Source of the DNA: Coraliomargaritaceae bacterium
GTDB lineage: Bacteria > Verrucomicrobiota > Verrucomicrobiia > Opitutales > Coraliomargaritaceae
Assembly: GCA_965656495.1 (NCBI GenBank)
Contig: CBFHKU010000003.1
Span: 127,803 to 191,802 of the forward strand
DNA length: 64,000 nt
Direction: 5' to 3'
In this document: in pieces, positions 1-9,409 of the stretch
Numbering within the stretch: position 1 is the first letter of the stretch
Layout of the letters: each line of letters begins with the position of its first letter
Position numbers and translations under genes: made by a program
Notes under the pieces: model-generated
Told to the model about the DNA's origin: nothing
The model's input: only the letters and a program-made list of their open reading frames with translations
Databases searched by the model: none

Positions 1-1026
1 TTTACTGTCGGGTTCGAGTCCGGTGAGTTGCCAGCCTTTTTCGGTTAGGACGCGGCCTTGGGCGGTGCGCTGGAGGTAACCCTCTTGGATAAGGAAGGGT
101 TCGTGGACTTCTTCGAGGGTGTGGGCCTCTTCGCCGACTGCCACTGCCACCGTTCCGAGCCCGACCGGACCGCCGCGATAATTGGCGGCGATGACGCGCA
201 TGACCTGTTTGTCCATTTCGTCGAGTCCGTGCTGGTCGATTTCAAGGAGTTCAAGGGCGGCGGCGGCTGTTTCTTTTGTGATGATACCCTCGGCGCGTTG
301 CTGGGCGTAATCGCGACAAAAGTTGACGAGGTTGTTCGCGATTCGGGGGGTGCCCCGGGCGCGGCGGGCGATTTCAGCGGCTCCGTCCTTCTGGTATTTC
401 ACTTCCAGGAGATCGCAACTGCGCTCCACGATACCCTGAAGGGTGGCATGGTCGTAATAGTTGAGGCGTGACTGGAGGGTGAAGCGGCTGCGCAGGGGTG
501 CGGTGAGCAGTCCCATGCGGGTGGTTGCGCCGAGGAGGGTAAAGCGTGGGAGGTTGAGTCGTACGCTGCGGGCGTTGGGGCCCTGATCAATCATGATATC
601 GATGCGAAAATCCTCCATCGCGGAGTAGAGGTATTCCTCAACGGTCTTGGGTAGGCGGTGAATCTCGTCGATAAAGAGGAGGTCGCCTTCTTGAAGGTTG
701 GTGAGCAGTCCGGCGAGGTCGGCGGGTTTATCAATGACGGGGCCGGATGTGATGCTGACCTGCTTGCCCATTTCATTACCGAGAATAAGGGAAAGGGTGG
801 TCTTGCCCAAACCCGGGGGGCCGCTCAAGAGGATGTGGTTGAGCGGGTCGTTGCGATCCCGGGCGGCGCCGACCATGACCTTGAGGCGTTCAACCGTCTT
901 GTCCTGTCCGGCAAAATCATCGAAGCTGAGGGGCCGAAGGGCGGCCTCGGCGGGATTTTCAGGCTCGGCGAGACTTTGTACGATGAACTCGCTTCCGGTG
1001 GGTGGATCTTCGGGTGAAAAGGGCAT
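1..1026 (-). CDS. ruvB: Holliday junction branch migration helicase RuvB (3' end runs off window)
   Basis: Manual minus-strand translation from ATG 1026: MPFSPEDPP..LRPLSFDDFAGQ..HILLSGPPGLGKTTL..LFIDEIHRL..EEYLYSAMEDF..GATTRMGLL..RGTPRIAN. No stop occurs before position 1, which is why it is absent from the ORF track. Confidence 0.95.
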   Translation of the reverse strand, partial: MPFSPEDPPTGSEFIVQSLAEPENPAEAALRPLSFDDFAGQDKTVERLKVMVGAARDRNDPLNHILLSGPPGLGKTTLSLILGNEMGKQVSITSGPVIDKPADLAGLLTNLQEGDLLFIDEIHRLPKTVEEYLYSAMEDFRIDIMIDQGPNARSVRLNLPRFTLLGATTRMGLLTAPLRSRFTLQSRLNYYDHATLQGIVERSCDLLEVKYQKDGAAEIARRARGTPRIANNLVNFCRDYAQQRAEGIITKETAAAALELLEIDQHGLDEMDKQVMRVIAANYRGGPVGLGTVAVAVGEEAHTLEEVHEPFLIQEGYLQRTAQGRVLTEKGWQLTGLEPDSK

Positions 1027-1083
1027 CTTGAGAAAGCAGTATGGCGCAGTGGAGCTGTTTTTCCATGCTGGAATAAAGTTAAT

Positions 1084-2379
1084 TTATTCCTGGCGCAATT
1101 CGCGGGGCATTTCGGTGTCTTTAAGGCGTTCAATCTTGGCACCGAGGGCGCTGAGTTTCTGCTCGAAGCGTTCATAGCCTCGGTCGAGGTGGTAAATGCG
1201 TTGAATCCAAGTGTTACCGTTTGCGGCGAGGGCAGCGAGGATCAAGGCGGCGGAGGCGCGGAGGTCTGATGCCATGACGGGTGCCCCTGAAAAAGAGGAG
1301 GGGCCTTTGACGATGGCGCTGGGGCCCTCAATCGCGATATCGGCGCCCATGCGCTGTAATTCCGGCACGTGCATGAAACGGTTGGGGTAGATGCGCTCGG
1401 TCATGATCGAGATGCCGTCGGTGATCGCCATGAGGGCGCAGAACTGGGCTTGCAGGTCGGTGGGAAAACCGGGGTAGGGCAAGGTGATACAATCAACGGG
1501 GCGCAGCTTGCCGTTGTGGGGCAGCACCCGCAGTCCGTCGGCTTCGATTTCAATCGGGACGCCGGCTTCCTCGAGCTTGTCGAGAAAGGCGCCGAGAAGG
1601 TTGGGGGCGATTCCCTTGACGAGGACGTTTCCGTTGGTGATGGCCGCCGCGACGACAAATGTTCCCGCCTCAATGCGGTCAGCGATTACCTCGTGTTCAC
1701 AGCCGTGCAGTTGCTCGACTCCGTGAATGGTGAGTTCGGGGCTGCCGATGCCCTCAATGCGGGCGCCCATTTTAACGAGGAGGTTGCAGAGATCGACAAT
1801 TTCCGGTTCACAGGCCGCGCATTCGATGCGGGTTGTGCCGGGGGCGAGGGTCGCAGCCATCAGAATATTGGCGGTTCCGGTAACAGTGCTGCCGTTGCGA
1901 CCGCCGAGAAAAATGGGGCCGCCGCGCATGTTACCCGCTTCGATGTGAACATAGCCGCGATCGACGCGCACCTCGCAGTTGAGCTTCGCCAGGCCTTTGA
2001 GGTGGAGGTCGATGGGGCGCGGGCCGATCACGCAACCCCCGGGAATCGAGACCTCCGCACGGCGCAAGCGGGCGACCAGCGGGCCAATCAGGCATACTGA
2101 AGCCCGCATTTTGCGAACGAGTTCGTAAGGGGCAACATGGGTCAACTGCGTTGCGGTGACTTCCCAGGTGCCGGGTTCGGGATTTTCGATCTTCGCGCCA
2201 ACGTGCCTGAGAATTTCAACCATGAAGCGGATGTCGCTCAGGTCGGGCACGCGGGTCAGTCGAACGGTTTCCTTCGTGAGCAGGCAAGCCGCGAGGAGCG
2301 GGAGCGCGGCGTTTTTCGCGCCACCGACTTCAATCGTGCCGCTTAGGGGGCCGTTGCCGTTGACGCGAAAAACATCCAT
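1084..2379 (-). CDS. murA: UDP-N-acetylglucosamine 1-carboxyvinyltransferase
   Basis: GAKNAALP, MRASV, PGGCVIGPRPIDLH, PYPGFPTDLQAQ, DLRA and HLDRGYE motifs. Confidence 0.97.
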   Translation of the reverse strand: MDVFRVNGNGPLSGTIEVGGAKNAALPLLAACLLTKETVRLTRVPDLSDIRFMVEILRHVGAKIENPEPGTWEVTATQLTHVAPYELVRKMRASVCLIGPLVARLRRAEVSIPGGCVIGPRPIDLHLKGLAKLNCEVRVDRGYVHIEAGNMRGGPIFLGGRNGSTVTGTANILMAATLAPGTTRIECAACEPEIVDLCNLLVKMGARIEGIGSPELTIHGVEQLHGCEHEVIADRIEAGTFVVAAAITNGNVLVKGIAPNLLGAFLDKLEEAGVPIEIEADGLRVLPHNGKLRPVDCITLPYPGFPTDLQAQFCALMAITDGISIMTERIYPNRFMHVPELQRMGADIAIEGPSAIVKGPSSFSGAPVMASDLRASAALILAALAANGNTWIQRIYHLDRGYERFEQKLSALGAKIERLKDTEMPRELRQE

Positions 2380-2395
2380 CGCTTGTTACCGGAGT

Positions 2396-3031
2396 TTAGC
2401 TCCGGCGTTGAGAGCCTCTGGAATTGCGACCACGTCCGCCGCGACTGCGGCGTCGGTTGCCGTTTTCGCCGCGTGGACCGCGTGGACCGCGCTGGCTTGA
2501 GCCGGAACCCTTGCGTCCACCGCGATGGCGGGCGGGCGGGGTCTTGGGTCCAAGGCCGAAGAGTTTGAGGATCGCAGCGATTAAACCACCGCTCTTGCGC
2601 GGGGTGTTTTTGTTGGATTGTTTGGGCGCATGGGCGGATTTTGCGCTGCGCTCCTGTTGGCGGGCCTGATGGCGGGCATCGCGCTCGGACTTGCGCTGCA
2701 AGAGGCGGGTTTCCACGCGTTTGACGGCGGCAAGGGTTGCCTCGGTCGGTTGGGGATCGGCGCGATTTTCGTCGGTGGCTGGAGTCGCTTCGCGCTGTTT
2801 GGCGCGTGGCGGGCGAGGCTTGCTTGGTTCGGCTTGGGGGGTTGGTTCGCCGCTCAAGCGTTCACCGCGCAGGGCTTCAGCGGGATCGATCTCGCCGATT
2901 GAACCGCTGGGCGCGGCGGCGTGTTCTTTTTTAAAGCCTCCACTGCGACGGCGGCTGCGGGGCTTGGCATCCGTGCTGGGCGCGTAGTCTTCCGCATTGT
3001 TGGTAGGGTTCGTTTCTTCGAATTCAGGCAT
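2396..3031 (-). CDS. Hypothetical disordered Arg/Gly-rich protein with a short amphipathic helix
   Basis: 211-aa ORF, 16 bp upstream of murA and co-oriented with it; low complexity; contains GLIAAILKLFGLG. Confidence 0.75.
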   Translation of the reverse strand: MPEFEETNPTNNAEDYAPSTDAKPRSRRRSGGFKKEHAAAPSGSIGEIDPAEALRGERLSGEPTPQAEPSKPRPPRAKQREATPATDENRADPQPTEATLAAVKRVETRLLQRKSERDARHQARQQERSAKSAHAPKQSNKNTPRKSGGLIAAILKLFGLGPKTPPARHRGGRKGSGSSQRGPRGPRGENGNRRRSRGGRGRNSRGSQRRS

Positions 3032-3322
3032 CGTATGTATTGTTATGTATTTATTTCTGGTGTGGCAATCAACGGCGCTCGAACAGTCAAAGCGCGGCTG
3101 AGAGGGGGCGGTAGTACATTTAGCAGTGTGGAGCTTTATGTAGTTGTCCTAAAGTGGACGGTTTAGTGATGATTTGGAGGCCGCCCCGGGCCGAGATCAT
3201 CGAATCAAGGGTTGAAAGTAGAGTGTTGAGGCTTCGAGTGGCAAGCGCATAGTGCGGGTGGGGTGTAAATCTTTCGCCTTCGGGCTTGCGCAGCGCTCAG
3301 GGGTCTTTTACACAGGCTAGTT

Positions 3323-3694
3323 ATGGATAAACTGGAAGAAATTTTTGAGCTGCAGGATGCGTTGAATAAACGGATTGGCGTTAACTTGGACGCCTTGAGC
3401 GATGAGGAAAAAGCGAAGTGGGTATTGCAATATTCGCGTGCGATGCAGCAGGAGCTTGCGGAGCTGATTGATTCCGTGCCTTGGAAATGGTGGGCGAAAT
3501 ACCAGGAATTTGACGAGCAAAACGCGAAGGTGGAGGTGGTGGACCTCTTTCATTTTCTTGTTTCTGCGGCTCAGGTGCTCGGCATGACGGCGGAAGATGT
3601 CTATGAAGCTTACACCAAGAAGAACAAGGTGAATCACAATCGTCAGGACAGCGGTTACGAGAAAAAGGACGAGTCCGATTCACGACATATCTAA
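3323..3694 (+). CDS. Dimeric all-alpha dUTPase (dUTPase_2 family)
   Basis: ELAELIDSVPWKWW, EVVDLFHF and Y..KNKVNHNRQDSGY motifs. Confidence 0.85.
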   Translation: MDKLEEIFELQDALNKRIGVNLDALSDEEKAKWVLQYSRAMQQELAELIDSVPWKWWAKYQEFDEQNAKVEVVDLFHFLVSAAQVLGMTAEDVYEAYTKKNKVNHNRQDSGYEKKDESDSRHI

Positions 3695-3712
3695 AAGAAA
3701 GGTACGCTAGGC

Positions 3713-4324
3713 ATGGACGCGCTCAATGAGAACCCCCTCATGATTTTGGCCTATGTGGGCATTGCGGCCTACATCCTTCACCTATACCTTGGGGATTTTC
3801 GGTTGGAAAAGAGCGGCGAGCCGAACCCGAAGGCGATGCCCGGCGCGAAGGGGGCCGCCGTCTCGGTTTATTGGCTTGGGGCTTTTGGGGCTTTGGTTCT
3901 GCTCGGGCTTGAGACCGGCGGTGAAATCGCCCTGGGGATCGTGTCTGAACAGAGTGAGATGCTTTGGTATTTTGTTTTTGCCTCGCTGGGTGCGGGGGTG
4001 GTGGAAGAAGTGATTTTCCGCGGCTTTCTTGTGGTGGAGTACAAGGGTCGCGCGGCATTGGTGGCGAGTTGTGTGGGGTTTTCGCTGATTTTCGCAGTCA
4101 TTCACGGTCATTTTTGGAGCACGGAGGAGGGTTTTGCATGGACCTTCACGACCAAGGCTTGGTTTACAACGGCCCTGCTCTTTGCGAATTCCCTGTGGTT
4201 TTACGCCCTGCGCTTCGGGCCGTGGAACCCCACGCGTTCGCTTTTCCCCTGTATGTTGGCACACGCCGCCAGCAACCTTGGAGTTTTCGCGGTTAAACTC
4301 GCCCAGGGTTACGTAATTTTCTAG
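3713..4324 (+). CDS. CPBP (Abi/CAAX) family intramembrane protease
   Basis: EEVIFRGF, FAVIH and HAASN motifs; multiple TM segments. Confidence 0.88.
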   Translation: MDALNENPLMILAYVGIAAYILHLYLGDFRLEKSGEPNPKAMPGAKGAAVSVYWLGAFGALVLLGLETGGEIALGIVSEQSEMLWYFVFASLGAGVVEEVIFRGFLVVEYKGRAALVASCVGFSLIFAVIHGHFWSTEEGFAWTFTTKAWFTTALLFANSLWFYALRFGPWNPTRSLFPCMLAHAASNLGVFAVKLAQGYVIF

Positions 4325-6366
4325 GCGAGCAAACCATCGCGGCGCAGGAGCGCCTCCGGTTGGGGATCGCGGCCCATGAAGTCGCGGAAGAGTTGGGCGG
4401 GATCTTCGGCATCGCCGCGGGCGAGGATTTTTTCGCGGAAGTCGCGACCGGTTTGGGCGTTTAGGATGCCTTCGTTCTGGAAACGGGTAAAGGCGTCGGC
4501 GTCGAGGACCTCCGCCCATTTATAGCTGTAATAACCGGCGGCGTAGCCGGTGGGGTCGCTGAAGAGATGGCTGAAATTGAAGGTGTTGGGTTTGGGGGTG
4601 GTCTTGTAGGTGGGCTGGTAGTCGGCGGTCTGGGCTGCGACGAAGGCATCGGGATCCTCGGAGGACTCCGGCCATTCGGTGTGGAGGGCGAGGTCGAGCT
4701 TGCCGAGGGCGAGTTGGCGCATGGCAGCGCTCGCCTTGCGGAAATTTCGGGCGGCCTGCATTTTATTGAAGAGTTCCTCGGGGATGGTTGCGCCGCTCTC
4801 GCAGTGGCGGGCAAAGCGGTCGAGGCTGATCCGTTCCCAGCACCAGTTTTCCATTATTTGTGAGGGGAGCTCAACGAAATCCCATGCCACATTGACCCCG
4901 TTGAGGGATTTGACCGCCACTTCCCCGCAAAGGTGGTGCAAGAGGTGACCAAATTCGTGGAAGATGGTCTCGACTTCGTAATGGGTGAGGCATGCGGGCT
5001 TGCCGTCGATCGCAGGGCTGAGGTTGCCGCAGATGAGGCCCAGGTGGGGACTGCGGGGCTTGCCCGGTTCGCGCTCGCCGGTGATGAGATAATTCATCCA
5101 AGCCCCGCCGCGTTTGGATTCTCTCGGGTGCCAGTCCGCATAGAAGGCGCCGAGCATCTCGCCGGAGTCGGCGTCGAACAATTCATAATATTGAACATCG
5201 GGGTGCCATGTTTCCGCTTCGCCCGCCTGTACCCGCAGGCCGAAAATTTGCCCCGCTAGATCGAAGAGACCATGGATGACCCGATCGATTGGGAAGTAGG
5301 GGCGCAGGGCTTCTTCGTCGAAGTCATAGCCCGCACGACGTTGTTTTTCCGCCCAGTAGCCGGATTCCCAGGGTTCGAGGGGTTCTATAGCAGTTCCGGT
5401 AGACTCGGCTTTGAAGGCTTGCAGGGCGCGGGTTTCCTCCTGAAATTGCGAACGGATACGTGCGTGCATGTCCTCCGTGAAATGGAGCGCGGTGGCGGCG
5501 TTTTTAACAATTCTCCGTTCGGTGACAAAATCGGCAAAATGTTGCTTGCCAAGGATGCCGGCCAGTTCGTGACGCAGCTTTAAAATCTCCGGGACAAGGG
5601 CTTGGTTGTCGTTTGGCGCCTCGCGACCCACCGCCGAGTAGGCGGTCCAGACGCTTTTGCGGAGGGTTTCATCATCGGCGTAGGTCAATACCGCGATGAG
5701 GGACGGCGCCTGCAGGGTAAAGCGCCAAGCGGTGGGTTGCCCCTTCTGGGTGGCACTTTGCCGGGCGGCCTCGCGTGCGGAATTCGGTAGTCCGGTAAGT
5801 TGTCCCTCATCGGTGACAAATATTTCCCATGCATTGGTGGCATCGAGGCAATTTTCGGAGTATTTTTGGGTGAGTTGGGCAAGCTCTTGTTGGATTTTGC
5901 GGACCGCATCCTTTTGCTCGGCTGGCAAATCGGCGCCCTGTTCGCGGAAATCGGCGAGGGTTTCCTCGACATGCCGCCGTTGGTGGGGGTGGAGGTTCTG
6001 GAGATCGATGCGCTCAGCGGCGGTGCGGAGTCGTTCCCAGATTCCGGTGTTGAGGGGGATATCGGCGAAGAATTGGGAGACTGCGGGCAACATGGCGTTG
6101 TAGGCGGTCCGCAGTTCGGGGCTATTGGCGACGCTGTCGAGGTGACTCACAAGGCCCCAAGCGTGATTGAGCGGCTCGGTGGCGGACTCCAGGGCGGCGA
6201 AGCTCGTTTGGTAGTCCAGCGTTTCATTGGCCTCGAGCGGTTTTGCGAGGGCATCGATCGCGCTTTGCGCAGCCTTCAGGGCGTATTGGATATCGGGCTC
6301 AACCGCCGCAGGGCTGAGGGTGGACCAGGCGATTTTAAAATCCTGTGCGAGGAAGGGATGTTGCAT
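4321..6366 (-). CDS. prlC: M3 family oligopeptidase A
   Basis: FHEFGHLLH zinc motif, WDFVELPSQIMENW, YAAGYYSYKWAEVL; start taken at MQHPFL because the longer start overlaps the divergent gene. Confidence 0.92.
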   Translation of the reverse strand: MQHPFLAQDFKIAWSTLSPAAVEPDIQYALKAAQSAIDALAKPLEANETLDYQTSFAALESATEPLNHAWGLVSHLDSVANSPELRTAYNAMLPAVSQFFADIPLNTGIWERLRTAAERIDLQNLHPHQRRHVEETLADFREQGADLPAEQKDAVRKIQQELAQLTQKYSENCLDATNAWEIFVTDEGQLTGLPNSAREAARQSATQKGQPTAWRFTLQAPSLIAVLTYADDETLRKSVWTAYSAVGREAPNDNQALVPEILKLRHELAGILGKQHFADFVTERRIVKNAATALHFTEDMHARIRSQFQEETRALQAFKAESTGTAIEPLEPWESGYWAEKQRRAGYDFDEEALRPYFPIDRVIHGLFDLAGQIFGLRVQAGEAETWHPDVQYYELFDADSGEMLGAFYADWHPRESKRGGAWMNYLITGEREPGKPRSPHLGLICGNLSPAIDGKPACLTHYEVETIFHEFGHLLHHLCGEVAVKSLNGVNVAWDFVELPSQIMENWCWERISLDRFARHCESGATIPEELFNKMQAARNFRKASAAMRQLALGKLDLALHTEWPESSEDPDAFVAAQTADYQPTYKTTPKPNTFNFSHLFSDPTGYAAGYYSYKWAEVLDADAFTRFQNEGILNAQTGRDFREKILARGDAEDPAQLFRDFMGRDPQPEALLRRDGLLA

Positions 6367-6467
6367 GGAGCTTAGGTTCTGATTGCGGGCGGGGAAGTCA
6401 ATGCGTTGTGAGCGGTAAAGTTGGAAAAACTTTGCAGCACGCGGCCTTGATCGGTAGATTTGTTTGA

Positions 6468-7448
6468 ATGAAAGAACAATTTGCTTTGCGACATCATGAA
6501 TTTGGAAAAGCGGATGCGGTTTTGCGCTTGGAGTCCATACCACAGCCCGAACCCGGGGCGGGAGAAGTGGGGGTTCGCCTGCTTGCGGCGACGATTAATC
6601 CCTCGGATTATGGTCGGTTGGATGGGCGTTACGGGGTGTTGCCGGACTTGCCGGCGGTGGCGGGCCGCGAAGGGGTTGGGGTGATTGAATCACTGGGAGC
6701 CGGGGTTGAGGGCGTGGAATGCGGTCAACGGGTTCGCTTCACGGATGCCGGGGCTTGGCGGGAGTACTGTTGCCTGCCGGTGGAGTCTTTGCTTCTGGTG
6801 CCGGAAGGCGTGCCCACGGAGCAGGCTGCGATGGCGTTTATCAATCCCCCGACCGCCTATTGTTTGTTGCGGCAGTTTGTGGATTTAAAAGCAGGTGATT
6901 GGATTGTTCAGAATGCGGGGAATTCGGCGGTGGGCCTGGCGGTGATTCAGATGGCGAAAGCCTTGGGAATACACACGGTGAGTGAGGTGCGTCGGGCGGA
7001 ATTGATTGAACCGTTGGAGGCACTGGGTGCAGACCGGGTGGTGCTGGAGGGTTCCGGTTGGGAGCGCTGGGTTCCGGATTTGACAGAGGGCAAGGGGCTG
7101 CGGCTGGCTTTAAATTCAGTGGGTGGGGCGAGTGCGATCGCGCAACTGAAGGCGCTGGGGGATGGCGCCACACAGGTTACGTTTGGAGGGATGACCGGGG
7201 AAGCGGTGCGTTTCCCGACGCGGTATTTGATTTTCAATGACCTGCGCTTGGTCGGTTTCTGGTGGGATGCGTATTGCCGAAAGGCCGAGCGCGACGCGGT
7301 AGAGGCAATCATGGGGGCGGTTTTCGAGATGCAGGCAAAGGGTTCGTTGTGTTTGCCGATTGCGGGCAAGTATTCGTTTTCTGAATACAAGGAGGCGCTG
7401 GCACATAACCAATCGCCGCGCCTTGGGAAAATTCTACTGACTCCTTGA
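6468..7448 (+). CDS. MDR-family 2-enoyl thioester reductase-like oxidoreductase
   Basis: INPSD..GRY, GREGVG, INPPTAY and QNAGNSAVG motifs typical of the ETR/MECR subfamily. Confidence 0.8.
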   Translation: MKEQFALRHHEFGKADAVLRLESIPQPEPGAGEVGVRLLAATINPSDYGRLDGRYGVLPDLPAVAGREGVGVIESLGAGVEGVECGQRVRFTDAGAWREYCCLPVESLLLVPEGVPTEQAAMAFINPPTAYCLLRQFVDLKAGDWIVQNAGNSAVGLAVIQMAKALGIHTVSEVRRAELIEPLEALGADRVVLEGSGWERWVPDLTEGKGLRLALNSVGGASAIAQLKALGDGATQVTFGGMTGEAVRFPTRYLIFNDLRLVGFWWDAYCRKAERDAVEAIMGAVFEMQAKGSLCLPIAGKYSFSEYKEALAHNQSPRLGKILLTP

Positions 7449-7501
7449 GGAAGATCGGCATTCGGGATTGTGTTTCTGTAGAAGTGAGCGAAAGTAATAG
7501 T

Positions 7502-8263
7502 ATGATGCGGCTGGTTCAATTGCTTTTATTATCCTTTCTTTTGCTTGGAATGATCTCCTGCAAACCCTCTTCGTTGGAAGTGGTGGGTGAGACCGATGAG
7601 AAGCAATACCAGTTGGCAAAGAGTTATCAGGCACAGGGTCGAATCGACGAGGCTTTAAGCGCGTTTCTGCGGGTGATTGACGTGCGTCGCGATGCCCCGG
7701 AATCGCATTTTGAGGCGGGTTATATCTATCTTGAATCCCTGAAGGATCCCATCAGTGCGATCTATCATTTGAAGCGCTATCTGCAATTGAAGCCCGGTTC
7801 GCCACAGGCGGTGCAGGTGGGGCAGTTGATTGAGACTGCCGAAAAGGAATTCGCGCGGCAACTGCCTGCCGGGCCTTACGAGGCGGAGCTGGATCAGGTG
7901 GATATGTTGGAATTGTTGAAGGGATTGAGGGCAGAAAACGAGCGCCTGAAGCGGGCCCTGATGGCGGCAGAACAGCGCTTGGGTCAGTATGAGGGCATGG
8001 TGAGCGGGGCGCGACGTGCAACTTCTGCGACGGAGAGTTATGCGGCGCTGACGCCTGATCCGCAGGTTCGGCGGGCTGAAATCGAGCCGGAACCGGCGGA
8101 TGTTCCCCGTACGTATAAGGTGCAGTCGGGAGACACCTTGAGTCGAATCAGTCAGCGATTTTACGGGACCCCGAATCGGTATCAGGATATTTATCAGGCC
8201 AATCGCGATCGAATGGCGAGTGAGAATGCCCTGCGGGTCGGGCAAGAGCTCCGCATTCCCTGA
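7502..8263 (+). CDS. TPR/coiled-coil/LysM lipoprotein
   Basis: Signal peptide ending ..GMISC; TPR-like helices; C-terminal YKVQSGDTLSRISQRFYG..IYQAN..LRVGQELRIP LysM. Confidence 0.85.
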   Translation: MMRLVQLLLLSFLLLGMISCKPSSLEVVGETDEKQYQLAKSYQAQGRIDEALSAFLRVIDVRRDAPESHFEAGYIYLESLKDPISAIYHLKRYLQLKPGSPQAVQVGQLIETAEKEFARQLPAGPYEAELDQVDMLELLKGLRAENERLKRALMAAEQRLGQYEGMVSGARRATSATESYAALTPDPQVRRAEIEPEPADVPRTYKVQSGDTLSRISQRFYGTPNRYQDIYQANRDRMASENALRVGQELRIP

Positions 8264-8270
8264 GTTTGAG

Positions 8271-9398
8271 ATGAGTTTGGAATTTTTTGACCATAATTCG
8301 ACAACTCCGTTGAATGCGGCGGCGGCGCTGGCATGGAAGGAAGCGCAGGGGGCGTCATGGCTGAATCCCTCGAGTCCCTATCGAGCGGCGGCGGCGGTGC
8401 GGGCACGCCTAGAGGCGGCGCGGGAGCGTTTGGCGGTTTTATTGGAGACGAAGTCGGAACGCGTGGTTTTTAATTCAGGGGCAACGGAGGGCAACAATCG
8501 GGTCTTTGAGCTATGGTCGCGTCAGTTGCCGGCGGGAGCGCGGGTGGGGGTGAGCCCGACGGAGCACCCGAGTGTTTTGGAGGCGGCACGGTATTATTTT
8601 GGGGAACGAATCGATTGGTTGCCCCTTGATGCGGGTGGGGCGGTTGCTGCGGATCAGATCGATTACGGCGGGCTGTCGGCGCTTTCTGCGATGGCCGCCA
8701 ATAATGAAACCGGCGTATTGAATCCCTGGTCGCAGATTGCGGCGGACTGTCGCGCGGCGGGGATTCCGTTTCATTGCGATGCCTCTCAATGGTTGGGGAA
8801 ATTGCCGGCAAGCGGTTTGGGGACTTGCGATTATTTGACGGTCTGCGCCCACAAGTTTGGAGGCCCGAAGGGTACGGGTTTTCTATTGTTACCGGAGGGC
8901 GGTGCGGCGGCGGGCTTTCAAAGAGGCGGCCCCCAGGAAGGCGGGCACCGGGCGGGCACGGAGGATGTGCCGGGAATACTTGCGATGCTGGCGGCGTTGG
9001 AAGCAGCGCCGGCGGGGGCGGCGGTAGCGCGGGATGCGTTTGAGGCGGGCTTGTTGGCGGCGCTCCCGCAGTGTGAAGTGGTGGGCAAGGCTGCAGCACG
9101 GCTTTGGAACACGAGTGCGCTGTGTTTGCCGGATTTTGAAAATGTTCGCTGGATTCGGGCGCTGGAAAAACGGGGATTTTTGGTTTCGACCGGATCGGCC
9201 TGCGCGAGTGGAAAAGTGGGTGCCTCGCTGGTGCTGGCGGCGATGGGGTATAGCGTCGATAGGATTCGCCGGGTGGTGCGTATCAGCGCGGGGGCGGAGA
9301 CGAAACCGGCGGCCTGGGAGGGCTTGCGGGCGGCGTTTGTTGAAAGTTATGCGGACTTGCGGGAATCGGCGGGGGAGAGTCCGGTGGTCGCCGTTTAG
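8271..9398 (+). CDS. Cysteine desulfurase (IscS/NifS-like, class V aminotransferase)
   Basis: DHNSTTP, FNSGATE, ANNETG, AHKFGGPKG (PLP Lys), STGSAC (catalytic Cys). Confidence 0.9.
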   Translation: MSLEFFDHNSTTPLNAAAALAWKEAQGASWLNPSSPYRAAAAVRARLEAARERLAVLLETKSERVVFNSGATEGNNRVFELWSRQLPAGARVGVSPTEHPSVLEAARYYFGERIDWLPLDAGGAVAADQIDYGGLSALSAMAANNETGVLNPWSQIAADCRAAGIPFHCDASQWLGKLPASGLGTCDYLTVCAHKFGGPKGTGFLLLPEGGAAAGFQRGGPQEGGHRAGTEDVPGILAMLAALEAAPAGAAVARDAFEAGLLAALPQCEVVGKAAARLWNTSALCLPDFENVRWIRALEKRGFLVSTGSACASGKVGASLVLAAMGYSVDRIRRVVRISAGAETKPAAWEGLRAAFVESYADLRESAGESPVVAV

Positions 9399-9409
9399 AG
9401 ATTTGGCAT

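Noticed and set aside
45..1175. Fragmented or pseudogenised ruvB suggested by the small ORFs
   Set aside because: Manual reading shows one continuous frame from 1026 to the window edge.
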